A DNA stretch of 64,000 nt from an uncultured bacterium (GTDB lineage: Bacteria; Patescibacteriota; Minisyncoccia; Phycocordibacterales; CAIJYI01), in NCBI GenBank assembly GCA_903824855.1, contig CAIJYI010000041.1:27159-91158 (forward strand). Direction: 5' to 3'. A model generated the notes under the pieces. That model made no database searches, had not been told where the DNA came from, and saw nothing but the letters and a program-made list of their open reading frames with translations. Shown here piece by piece: positions 10,033 to 19,386 of the stretch (positions are counted from its first letter, which is position 1; the number at the start of each line of letters is the position of its first letter). The position numbers were made by a program, and so were the translations under genes.

Positions 10033-10776
10033 ATGAATAAGTTATTACTTGCAGTATCTGTATCTTTATTACTTGGCTCCACTGCATTCGCAGACGTAAC
10101 TACTGCTCCTACTCCAACTACGGCAACAAGTACTTTATCCGTCACAGGTTATAGTCATGCGTTTGCTGAAGCACTTGGAAATCTGACTGGTGTGCAAACT
10201 CACGATACTCTTAATTTAACCGGATCACTTTCCGGTAGTGGGAATTTTATTACCGGTCAATCAACTGGTATTGCTGATGTTCTCGGTGCCGGTCCTACTC
10301 ATTCAATTGCGGAAAGTGGCATAATAGGCAGTCTTTCTTTGAGCCTTGACCCTCACTTTATTTCCGGAACTGGCAGTAGTGAGCAATATGGTGTGTTGAG
10401 TTCTTTAGGTACCGGATCAAGTATTGTTAGTGGCAGTTTGTCATTAAGCGGTAATTTAGGATCTAACTTTGGAAGCGCAAGTGCTCTGGATGGCGCAACA
10501 AGTACTCAATTTACATCCGGTTTGCTTTCTGCTCAAGGTTTGAGCTCCGGCGATCTTTGGATTAAAACAGCACTTACCCCAGCGATAATTCCAGACCCAG
10601 GTACAGGTGGTACCGGTGGTGACAACGGTAACAACGGTAACAACGGTAACGGTGGTAACAACGGTAACGGTGGTACTGGCCAAGATTATGGAAATGGTAA
10701 TGGCGGTACAAATAATGGTCATGGTAATGGCGGCAATAACGGTAATGGCCAAGGCACAGGCGGCGGTCAACAATAA
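10033..10776 (+). CDS. Secreted Ser/Gly-rich protein with Gly/Asn low-complexity tail
   Basis: Signal peptide MNKLLLAVSVSLLLGSTAFA; (GNN)n tail. Confidence 0.75.
   Translation: MNKLLLAVSVSLLLGSTAFADVTTAPTPTTATSTLSVTGYSHAFAEALGNLTGVQTHDTLNLTGSLSGSGNFITGQSTGIADVLGAGPTHSIAESGIIGSLSLSLDPHFISGTGSSEQYGVLSSLGTGSSIVSGSLSLSGNLGSNFGSASALDGATSTQFTSGLLSAQGLSSGDLWIKTALTPAIIPDPGTGGTGGDNGNNGNNGNGGNNGNGGTGQDYGNGNGGTNNGHGNGGNNGNGQGTGGGQQ
10618..10750 (+). repeat. Coding tandem repeats (GGTAACAAC)n encoding GNN/GNG
   Basis: Visible directly in the sequence. Confidence 0.8.
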
Positions 10777-10901
10777 GAATACCGCGTAGTTGTTCAATTA
10801 GCATTTTTGAGAAGGAGTTTTCCCTCCTTCTCTATTTTTTTCTCCCCACAGCACTAACAAATTTTGAAACCATTCTTCTCACGAAACAAAGGATATTATT
10901 A

Positions 10902-11906
10902 ATGAATCAGTTACAAAGAATTATCGCAGCAGTTTTTATCTCCGGGTGTGCAATTTCTTTTGCCGCATCCGCAGGAGATACAAACACCAATGTAGATGTC
11001 GGGAATAACGCAACAGCGCAAACTATTGGCGGAGCTCAAAATCAAACATTCCGTCAAGGTGATACTTACGTTAAAGTTTCACCCGCTGTGCCACTCCCAA
11101 ATACTGCGGCTTCACTCGCTGTCAATCCAACCACTTTTTTGAATAACGGTGCAGGCTTGGCGGAAAGGACTGCGCAATATAGTAGATTGTTTGCTCAATT
11201 TACTAAAGGTGTTGTTTCAGTCAACGGGTTAAATAGTAAACGTGGCGAAACAAAAACCACAGATACGGATTTTGCCGTCCTCGTATGGCAACCTTATTCC
11301 GATTACTATAATGGTGCGGTGAATGAAGATTTGTACGTCAAATCATTTTCGCCGATGATAACCGATATGTCTGTAGACTTTGGTGCTATGTCGCCAACAA
11401 CAAACTTTTTTGTTATCGGCCATGTCGCCGTGGTAACACCAAAAGGTTCTGATTTATCTGACGCCGTTTTGCAGGAAACATTAATCGCGGAAGCGGAAAA
11501 GTTTCTTGTAAACGAAGTTGAGATAACCGGTTTTACGGATATTACTCCAATGGTGATTTTTGAAACAACCGCATTCTATCAAGGCAGTGCCGTGACGAGT
11601 GGTGGTTATCAAATCTCTCCTCAAGTGAGCATGTTCCCCGGTGCCGGTGTTGGAACAGGCAGTTTCTTCAGCTTTCAAGATGTGAAAGGTCAATCAACTC
11701 CTGAATATCGCCTTGGTATGAAAATTGTTTTCTTAGCAAAAGCGACAAATGCAGGTGAAGGTCATGCGATAGTTGCAAAAGTGCAACAAATCAGTAAGAC
11801 TATTGCAGAAAAAGCCGCCAGCGAAAAAGCTGCAGCAGCCGAAAGGTCATCTGAAATGGCAGTTAAACATTCTGTTGACACTGCTGTAGATAAAACAGCT
11901 CAATAA
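10902..11906 (+). CDS. Secreted hypothetical protein
   Basis: Signal peptide ending FAASA; 334-aa ORF. Confidence 0.75.
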   Translation: MNQLQRIIAAVFISGCAISFAASAGDTNTNVDVGNNATAQTIGGAQNQTFRQGDTYVKVSPAVPLPNTAASLAVNPTTFLNNGAGLAERTAQYSRLFAQFTKGVVSVNGLNSKRGETKTTDTDFAVLVWQPYSDYYNGAVNEDLYVKSFSPMITDMSVDFGAMSPTTNFFVIGHVAVVTPKGSDLSDAVLQETLIAEAEKFLVNEVEITGFTDITPMVIFETTAFYQGSAVTSGGYQISPQVSMFPGAGVGTGSFFSFQDVKGQSTPEYRLGMKIVFLAKATNAGEGHAIVAKVQQISKTIAEKAASEKAAAAERSSEMAVKHSVDTAVDKTAQ

Positions 11907-12017
11907 TTTCTTCGATTTTTTACGTAAAATCAATCGCAAAAAAGCGAAAAATAGTTAGATAAGCAAAGTTCAAGCTCTTCATTTTTATGGAGAGCTTTTT
12001 TTATTTGTCATTTTTCT

Positions 12018-12057
12018 CTGGCATAAAAATAGTATTCTTTGTATGATTAGAAAATGA
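12018..12057 (+). repeat. 40-bp direct repeat, left copy (promoter/start of the ECF sigma gene)
   Basis: ctggcataaaaatagtattctttgtatgattagaaaatga; 39/40 identical to 18764-18803. Confidence 0.95.
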
Positions 12058-12602
12058 ACGATGAGGATATCGTGAAATTAGTACAGAACGGCGATATTGA
12101 AATCTTCGGTGTTTTGATTGAACGTTACGAGGAGAAGATGCTTCGATATGCGCGAAAATTTTTATTTGGTACTGATTCTGCAACTGATCTGGTGCAGGAT
12201 GTTTTTACGAAAGCCTATATTAATATATCCGGTTTTGATACAGCGAAAAGATTTTCTCCGTGGCTTTATCGTATTGCGCATAATTGTTTCATAAATGAAT
12301 TAAAGAAAAATAAACGAGAACCCGTGCCGATGTTTGATATGGACATTTTTTTCCCGAATTATCCTCAGAATGATACGCCGGAAACAGAGGTGATTCGAAA
12401 TGAGTTAAAAAAGACACTTGGCGATTGTATTAATAATATCGATTACAAATATAAAGAAGTTCTCATCTTGTATTATTATGAAGAATTAAGTTATAAGGAG
12501 ATTTCGGATATCTTGCATATCCCCGTGGCAACCATAGGAATGAGGATTAGCCGCGGAAAGGAAGCAATGAAAAAAATTATACTTAAGGAACAAGAAATAT
12601 GA
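12054..12602 (+). CDS. ECF-type RNA polymerase sigma factor
   Basis: DLVQDVF..AY, FSPWLYRIAHN (region 2); LSYKEISDIL.IP..TI..RISRG (region 4). Confidence 0.92.
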   Translation: MNDEDIVKLVQNGDIEIFGVLIERYEEKMLRYARKFLFGTDSATDLVQDVFTKAYINISGFDTAKRFSPWLYRIAHNCFINELKKNKREPVPMFDMDIFFPNYPQNDTPETEVIRNELKKTLGDCINNIDYKYKEVLILYYYEELSYKEISDILHIPVATIGMRISRGKEAMKKIILKEQEI

Positions 12603-13309
12603 GTAACTCAAAAACAAAATCGATAAAAAATTCAATATTGTATAAAATAAAAAATGGAGACATTAAGAAACTTCCAAAAGTTATTTTTAATGTAAAATCG
12701 GCTTTTTTTATTGTTGCGTTATTCCTCGTTCTGTCTTTTTCAGTTTTTGTGTTAAGTTTTATTGTTTTTTCACTTCAGATCTCCGGACTATGGAAGCTTT
12801 CATTTTTTGGAATTAAAGGATTTCAGATGTTAATTAGTAATTTACCTTGGATCATTATTCTTCTGGTCATAGGGTTTATTGTCATTTTGGAGATTATGGT
12901 AAACAGATATTCCTTCTCTTATCGAAAACCATTTCTGTATACCTCATTAATGGTAATCTGTCTAGTCGTCGTGACAAGTCTCGTTATTAGAAAAACTTCC
13001 TTTGATGAAAATTTTTATTCAAAAATTGAACAGGGAAAAATACCGGCATTTAAGCCGCTATACGAAAAGTATGTTAATCCGAGTCCTGAATACTTTCACC
13101 CCGGGACGTTGATAAAAATGGAACCCGAAGGTTTTATCCTTGAGCTTCATGATAAAAAAACTATTTTTGTGAGGATATCCGAAAAAACAGAAAAGCGAAT
13201 CGGTTTTGAAATTTATCCAGGAACTCGATTACTCGTTGTCGGTAAAATAGTGAACGAAATTATTGACGCAGAAATCATCGATAATGCGCCCTCTAGTGGG
13301 CGTCCGTAA
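12599..13309 (+). CDS. Putative membrane anti-sigma factor
   Basis: ATGA overlap with the sigma gene, 3-4 TM helices, C-terminal OB-like domain. Confidence 0.55.
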   Translation: MSNSKTKSIKNSILYKIKNGDIKKLPKVIFNVKSAFFIVALFLVLSFSVFVLSFIVFSLQISGLWKLSFFGIKGFQMLISNLPWIIILLVIGFIVILEIMVNRYSFSYRKPFLYTSLMVICLVVVTSLVIRKTSFDENFYSKIEQGKIPAFKPLYEKYVNPSPEYFHPGTLIKMEPEGFILELHDKKTIFVRISEKTEKRIGFEIYPGTRLLVVGKIVNEIIDAEIIDNAPSSGRP

Positions 13310-13392
13310 TATTATTTTTTTTCAATTGTAGTAATATATAGAGAGCATCTGTGCTCGTTTATTATTTATATATTTCTAAAATATAATTATTT

Positions 13393-15021
13393 ATGAAATT
13401 TTTTCTTATGAATCCGATGCGCATCGTTATTTTATTATTAACATTCGGTATAATCGCGGTGGGCGGGTTTTGGTACTCATCGGATCATAGAGCAAATTTA
13501 TCAAACTCCGATATTTCCGCCGCAACGTCAACTGATAGTGCTTCTTATATAAGACCCTCAACAGAAGCAGATAAGACAAATAATCCGCCTCCAGAGGCTG
13601 CAATTATTGCTTGTTCTGGTAAATCAATTGGCGTAGCATGTCAATTTTCAGATAATGGAAACATTGCTGTTGGTGTCTGCGACGATAACCCTGGTGTCCT
13701 CGCTTGTAGAAAAAATGATGACGCTGGCGTTGGACAAACAGCTACAGGGACAACAAAACCGACGACAGGAACTACGGGTGCATCGATAAATAGTCAACCA
13801 TCAAAAACAACAACGACAACCACTTCTACCACCACAACTAAACCTACTACCCCGCCTTCATCCGGGGGGCAGAGCAGTTACAGTATAACGCAGGCAATTT
13901 CTGATCAAGCTCAATTAAACACGCTGGCTTTTGATGGGCTCGGATTTTTAACCGGAAATACTTGCTCGGATTCATTTTTACCTCCGGGAAAAGTTGCTGA
14001 TTTTTTCGGTTTTCAATATTTGAGAGATACCACGGCGAACGGAAAAGGACATGATACTGATTTCGTAACCAACTCGGCTAATAATGTTCTGTATACTTTA
14101 ACGGCTGCACAAAAAGCGAAGATGACTGCGCTTGCGAAATCACAGAGCTCCCAAGTAAATGAATTCGCGTATAAAAGATTTCCTTTGATGGTAGCTTTTC
14201 GCCGCGAATTTACAGGAGATATTCCATCCGGAACAACTGGTTTGAGTAAAACAGCAGTAATGGACTATTCCGCGGATCTCTATGAAATTGATGCTCAGAT
14301 AAGTTTGGAGAGGGCACAATTATTTGGAGAGATTATCAGGTCACTTTCAACTGAACAGAAAGCATATTTTGATGCTATGGTGAAAGGAGGTTTTGCCTCG
14401 TGGAAGATCTTACCGGACCAGGTTGATAAGGTAAATCTTACTGTTGACCAGTCAGTGCTTATGATGACGTATGCGAGCGAAATGTTTGGTTGGTATGCGG
14501 GAAATATTGAAGCTGATACATATTTCTGCCCTGAGAGGCAGGCGGATTACTTTGGCGGATTTTATATAAAAGACGCTCCGGCTATTGGGAATGCCGGTTA
14601 TACTATCGATGAATCTATCACCGGCGACCAAGGTCAAGCTTTCTTAAATGCTTTAAGTAGTGCACAAAAACCAATCATAACAACTTTAGTTGACACACAA
14701 AGAACAGCAATCAACAGTATTGTCGAAAAAAGACGTGCTATTTCAACCGAATTGCGCAATGCCTTGTCGACAGGAACAATTGATACCGAAAAGGTAATTG
14801 CTTTGTCGAGACAATACGGGGAATTGGACGGAGAAATTTCATATTATTACGCTTCTGCCTTCTCAAAGGTCGGTAAAACTCTCACTACTGATCAAAAAGC
14901 GAATTTGGTGAAGTTAAAAAATCTTGACGGATATTCTTGCCCAAGTACTTCTGCATATCTCTATTCGGCAAAGATTACAATGCCAACAGTTGAAAGTACA
15001 GATTTTCTTTTTGCTAAATAA
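13393..15021 (+). CDS. Secreted protein with Cys-rich domain and Spy/CpxP-like LTxxQ repeats
   Basis: N-terminal TM, a four-Cys module, and LTAAQK, LSTEQK, LSSAQK, LTTDQK. Confidence 0.65.
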   Translation: MKFFLMNPMRIVILLLTFGIIAVGGFWYSSDHRANLSNSDISAATSTDSASYIRPSTEADKTNNPPPEAAIIACSGKSIGVACQFSDNGNIAVGVCDDNPGVLACRKNDDAGVGQTATGTTKPTTGTTGASINSQPSKTTTTTTSTTTTKPTTPPSSGGQSSYSITQAISDQAQLNTLAFDGLGFLTGNTCSDSFLPPGKVADFFGFQYLRDTTANGKGHDTDFVTNSANNVLYTLTAAQKAKMTALAKSQSSQVNEFAYKRFPLMVAFRREFTGDIPSGTTGLSKTAVMDYSADLYEIDAQISLERAQLFGEIIRSLSTEQKAYFDAMVKGGFASWKILPDQVDKVNLTVDQSVLMMTYASEMFGWYAGNIEADTYFCPERQADYFGGFYIKDAPAIGNAGYTIDESITGDQGQAFLNALSSAQKPIITTLVDTQRTAINSIVEKRRAISTELRNALSTGTIDTEKVIALSRQYGELDGEISYYYASAFSKVGKTLTTDQKANLVKLKNLDGYSCPSTSAYLYSAKITMPTVESTDFLFAK

Positions 15022-15039
15022 CTATTCATTATTAATTTT

Positions 15040-15756
15040 TTGAAACATATGTATAAAGATACCGATAAAGTCGTTTTGATTACGGACAATGATGATCTTG
15101 TCGTGGAAAGCAGTGATGACAAGAATCAAACAAAAAATAAAGAAAAAATAATTATTGCCGTATTGTCTGTCGTATTTTTGATTCTTCTTTGTGGAGTCAT
15201 TTGGGATCTTTATGGAAGAAAAACCTTGACCATATATTTATGCGGAACAGAAATAGCGACAAGCACTGCTGGTTTATTGGGTACGAGTACCCCGAAAGAT
15301 CTTTCCATTGCATCACAAAATACAGCGAGTCCCGAAACTCCCCCAGCAACTCCTTCTGGTGTCAAAAAGAGCGTAGGCAATACCCCGCTAAAACCTTCAG
15401 GAAATACTACCGCGTCTATAACGAAACCGAGTAGTAGTGTCGCATACTCTTCATATGGCACCTGTATAGAAAATGCGAAAGATCTTGGTTCCAGTAAAGA
15501 TTGCTGTGATTGTTTGAGCGCTGATGTTTCCGTGAGAAAAGCATGTAGAGACTTCGCGGCGACGTATGATTTTACAAAAAATACAACAATAAAAACATTC
15601 ACTATTCCTTCGTCTCTCGGTCGAACCGGAAATTATACTGCTTACACATCAAGTGCCACACAACAAGAATGTAAGCAAAAATGTGATTCTTCTACAACTC
15701 TTCAGTGTGGCGATTTTCAATTCTGTCGGACTGCGTGCGATAGTATGACACAATAA
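15040..15756 (+). CDS. Membrane-anchored Cys-rich hypothetical protein
   Basis: TM helix, S/T/P linker, CCDC and CxxxC pairs. Confidence 0.7.
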   Translation: MKHMYKDTDKVVLITDNDDLVVESSDDKNQTKNKEKIIIAVLSVVFLILLCGVIWDLYGRKTLTIYLCGTEIATSTAGLLGTSTPKDLSIASQNTASPETPPATPSGVKKSVGNTPLKPSGNTTASITKPSSSVAYSSYGTCIENAKDLGSSKDCCDCLSADVSVRKACRDFAATYDFTKNTTIKTFTIPSSLGRTGNYTAYTSSATQQECKQKCDSSTTLQCGDFQFCRTACDSMTQ

Positions 15757-15762
15757 TCAAAT

Positions 15763-16968
15763 ATGAATAAGAAGGTTTTTATTTCGCTCATTTGTGCGTT
15801 GGTTGTCGGGATTATTTCGATTTCGTATTTTTGGGTCGCAAACAGAGACAAAAAAATAATTTCTTCCGAAACATTATCGCAATCCGAACAGGTAACCAAA
15901 TCAACCTCTACCGAACAAATAGTCACGATTACCGAGCCGTCGACCGTCACCTCGCAAAATTCCGTTCAGGGAAGTTTCTCGTTTGGAATTCAGGGCGATT
16001 CTCATCCTGAAAGAGCGGGAAAAATGTTTAATGCGGATTTGTATGCAATAAACCTGCAAAATGCAAATAATGCTAATCTCGCGTTTTATTTTCTTCTCGG
16101 CGATGACTTCAGTATTGAGAAATTGATTGAGGACAAGACCTTTACTCAAGAAACTGTTGATAAAGTATATTTGCAGCAAAAAAATTATTTGAAAAATATT
16201 TCCGTGCCGATTTATTTAGTGAACGGCAACCATGAGCAAGAAGCCAAATATTTACTGGACGGTACGAATAATAATCCGGCAATTTTAGCAAAAAACGCGC
16301 GCGCAAAATTTTTTGATTCTCCCGGCGCCGAAAACGGTTACTACTCTTTCACGCATGGAGATGCTCTCTTTGTTGTTATTGATTTTTATTGGCATTCGGA
16401 CTTGGCGGCGGATAATGTTGCCGGCGCAAAGGGCGGAAGCGCGAAACGAAGCGATTTATGGAACAATACGCTCGGCGACGTCCAATATCAATGGTTTAAA
16501 AAAACACTGGAAGAAAGCAAGGCGAAATATAAATTCGTTTTCACACATCATGTTCTGGGCACAGGGCGCGGAGGAGTGGAGGAAGCAAAGTTGTATGAAT
16601 GGGGCGGATACAACTCAAAAGGCGTTTGGGAATTTGATACCAAAAGGCCGGGATGGGAATTGCCGATTCATCAGCTGATGGCGAAAAACGGTGTGACGAT
16701 ATTTTTCCAGGGACATGATCACTTATTCGCCAAACAAGAACTTGATGGAGTAATCTATCAGGAGGTTCCAAACCCTGCGGATAATACTTATACGGCATTC
16801 AACAAAGATGCCTATAAAACGGGAACCGTATTACCGAATTCCGGATATCTCAATGTGACGGTTTCGCCGACGAATGTAAAAGTTGATTATATACGAGCAT
16901 TCCTTCCAAAAGACGAAACGGCAACGAGTAAAAACGGTTCCGTAGCTTTTTCCTATACCGTTCAATAA
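15763..16968 (+). CDS. Exported metallophosphoesterase (purple acid phosphatase-like)
   Basis: GDSH, LGDD, GNHE, HH, GHDH motifs. Confidence 0.88.
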   Translation: MNKKVFISLICALVVGIISISYFWVANRDKKIISSETLSQSEQVTKSTSTEQIVTITEPSTVTSQNSVQGSFSFGIQGDSHPERAGKMFNADLYAINLQNANNANLAFYFLLGDDFSIEKLIEDKTFTQETVDKVYLQQKNYLKNISVPIYLVNGNHEQEAKYLLDGTNNNPAILAKNARAKFFDSPGAENGYYSFTHGDALFVVIDFYWHSDLAADNVAGAKGGSAKRSDLWNNTLGDVQYQWFKKTLEESKAKYKFVFTHHVLGTGRGGVEEAKLYEWGGYNSKGVWEFDTKRPGWELPIHQLMAKNGVTIFFQGHDHLFAKQELDGVIYQEVPNPADNTYTAFNKDAYKTGTVLPNSGYLNVTVSPTNVKVDYIRAFLPKDETATSKNGSVAFSYTVQ

Positions 16969-16977
16969 ATTTGAATC

Positions 16978-18129
16978 ATGAAAATCTTCAAAACATCATA
17001 CATTATTATCGCTTTGCTTATCGGAATCTGCGCTGTTTCCGTTTTTTGGGCGATGAATAAAAATACTGCGGAAGAGATTTTTCCCGAACAAGCGGCGGAA
17101 ATTTCACGGTCGACAACGACGCCAGCAGACATCAACGCGACAAGCCAATCTCCCGCCACACAGGGTGAAGCAGTGGACGCAGTGGAAGAGACCTCAAAGG
17201 AAGTCGCCGGCGGCGACGATAATTACGTTTTTGATATAGAAGCCGATCCTCATATGGATGAGCAGTCTGATTCCAAAATTTATACTCAGACCTTAAAAAA
17301 TATTGTGAGCGACAAACCGGCATTTTTGATAGACCTCGGTGATATTTTTATGGTGGATAAATTGTCTGATAAAAGCGAGGCAAATATAAAAGCGCGCTAC
17401 GACCTCATGAAAGGATATTATGACCTGCTCGGGTCCATTCCTCTCTATTTTGCGATGGGAAACCATGATGGAGAAGTTGGCTGGGATAAGCTCTATACGA
17501 AGAATTATCGTCTCCAATATTTCCCGAAAGAAACCTACGATAAAAACTATTATTCTTTTGAAAAGGAAAATGCGCTTTTTGTCGTTCTTGACCCGTACAT
17601 GTATACGACGACGAAGCCAAATGAGAACGGGTGGGACTGGACACTTGGAAAAGCGCAATATGATTGGTTGAAAAAAACACTTGAGTCGAGTAATGCAAAA
17701 TATAAATTTGTGTTCATTCACCAGCTCGTTGGCGGAGATAACCAAGGACGCGGAGGTATTGAATTTGCCAAACTCTATGAATGGGGAGGAAACAACATCG
17801 ACGGCAGTTATGGATTTACATTGAATCGTTCAGGATGGGGAACTCCGATTCATCAATTGCTGGTCGATAACAAAGTTGATGTAGTTTTTAAAGGTCACGA
17901 TCATTTTTTCGCTAAGCAAATATTGAATGGAGTGATATATCAAACAGTTCCACAGCCAAGTCATCCTGGGGCTAATATTAATACTGCGGAGGAGTATGGA
18001 TATTTAAATGGAGTAATTCTCGGAGGTTCCGGTTATTTGAGAGTGACAGTTATGGACACAAAAGCTCTGGTTGAATTTGTTAAGACAAATAGCACAAAAG
18101 ATGTTGCGGATTCATATTCTATACAATAA
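16978..18129 (+). CDS. Exported metallophosphoesterase (paralog of the preceding gene)
   Basis: ADPH, LGDI, GNHD, GHDH; shares GRGG.E.AKLYEWGG with 15763-16968. Confidence 0.88.
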   Translation: MKIFKTSYIIIALLIGICAVSVFWAMNKNTAEEIFPEQAAEISRSTTTPADINATSQSPATQGEAVDAVEETSKEVAGGDDNYVFDIEADPHMDEQSDSKIYTQTLKNIVSDKPAFLIDLGDIFMVDKLSDKSEANIKARYDLMKGYYDLLGSIPLYFAMGNHDGEVGWDKLYTKNYRLQYFPKETYDKNYYSFEKENALFVVLDPYMYTTTKPNENGWDWTLGKAQYDWLKKTLESSNAKYKFVFIHQLVGGDNQGRGGIEFAKLYEWGGNNIDGSYGFTLNRSGWGTPIHQLLVDNKVDVVFKGHDHFFAKQILNGVIYQTVPQPSHPGANINTAEEYGYLNGVILGGSGYLRVTVMDTKALVEFVKTNSTKDVADSYSIQ

Positions 18130-18222
18130 AAAAATGTAACTTTTTCTGGTGCTGATTCCATAGTATAGATGGATACAAGATGTATTTTGTTTAAGATAAT
18201 TATTAATAATATTAAAATTACG

Positions 18223-18660
18223 ATGAAAAAAACTATCGTTTTAGGTCTTAGTGTTGCCTTATTGGCCATGTCTGGAAGTATTACTTATGCACAGATAAAA
18301 AGCGTTGGAGCAAAAGCTTTTGCAAATCAAAATGCAAGTATGAATCTTCCTTGTGTTCAGACAGCTGTTGGGGTCAGAGAAACAGCTATTCAAGCTTCAT
18401 TTACAAAATTCACGTCATCAACATTAACAGCAATGCAGACAAGAGCTACTGCACTTAATACTGCTTGGGGTATGACCGTTGGAGCAGAAAGAAGAGCTGC
18501 TCGGAAAGCTGCCTGGGATGCATATAAGTCAACCAACGATGCAGCACGAGCAACTTTTAAAACGGAAAAACAAGTAGCTTGGGATACATTCAACAAAGCT
18601 TCCGCTGTGTGTGGGGTCGAAGTTGTAGAAACACCTTCTCAAGACGGGTTGACAATATAA
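18223..18660 (+). CDS. Secreted helical hypothetical protein
   Basis: Signal peptide MKKTIVLG; Ala-rich helices with AW repeats bounded by two Cys. Confidence 0.7.
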   Translation: MKKTIVLGLSVALLAMSGSITYAQIKSVGAKAFANQNASMNLPCVQTAVGVRETAIQASFTKFTSSTLTAMQTRATALNTAWGMTVGAERRAARKAAWDAYKSTNDAARATFKTEKQVAWDTFNKASAVCGVEVVETPSQDGLTI

Positions 18661-18763
18661 AACTACACTAAGATATAAAGACAAAAAATACCCTGACTAA
18701 AGCGACGGGTATTTTTTTATATAAAAACAATAAAAATTTTATTTTATAAAAGTACTTATCTTG

Positions 18764-18803
18764 CTGGCATAAAAATAGTATTCTTTGTATGATGAGAAAA
18801 TGA
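18764..18803 (+). repeat. 40-bp direct repeat, right copy (promoter/start of tsaC)
   Basis: ctggcataaaaatagtattctttgtatgatgagaaaatga. Confidence 0.95.
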
Positions 18804-19342
18804 GAAATATGGATATTATCGAAATTCTGAAAAACGGTGGTATTGGGATTTTTCCGACCGATACATTGTATGGATTGGTTGGCTCGGCACTTAATCCGTC
18901 CGTAGTGGAAAGAATTTACAAGGTAAGAAAACGGTCAGACGGGAAACCGTTTATTGTTTTGATACACGAGATTAAAGATCTTGAATCTTTTGGCATTTTA
19001 ATTCAGAGTGAAGAAGTAAAAACCGCACAAACGTATTGGCCCGGCCCCGTGAGTATAATTTTACCGTGCGATAATCCTCAATTTGAATATTTGCATCGAG
19101 GAACGAAATCAATCGCTTTTCGCTTGCCGGCAGACATTGAACTTCATAATTTTCTCAAAGAAACCGGTCCGCTTGTCGCACCTTCCGCCAATACCGAAGG
19201 GAATCCGCCGGCACTTACCATAGAAGAAGCAAAAAACTATTTCGAAGACGAAGTTGATTTTTACGTTGATGAAGGAAAAAAGGAAGCTCTGCCTTCAAAA
19301 ATTTTAAAAATTGTCGGAAGTTCTGTTACTACTCTGCGATAA
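18800..19342 (+). CDS. tsaC: L-threonylcarbamoyladenylate synthase (TsaC/Sua5)
   Basis: FPTDTLYGL, KP, WPGP, APSAN, S.I motifs. Confidence 0.92.
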   Translation: MRNMDIIEILKNGGIGIFPTDTLYGLVGSALNPSVVERIYKVRKRSDGKPFIVLIHEIKDLESFGILIQSEEVKTAQTYWPGPVSIILPCDNPQFEYLHRGTKSIAFRLPADIELHNFLKETGPLVAPSANTEGNPPALTIEEAKNYFEDEVDFYVDEGKKEALPSKILKIVGSSVTTLR

Positions 19343-19386
19343 AGATATTATTGAGAAAATTCGAAATTTCGGTATAATGAACCAAT

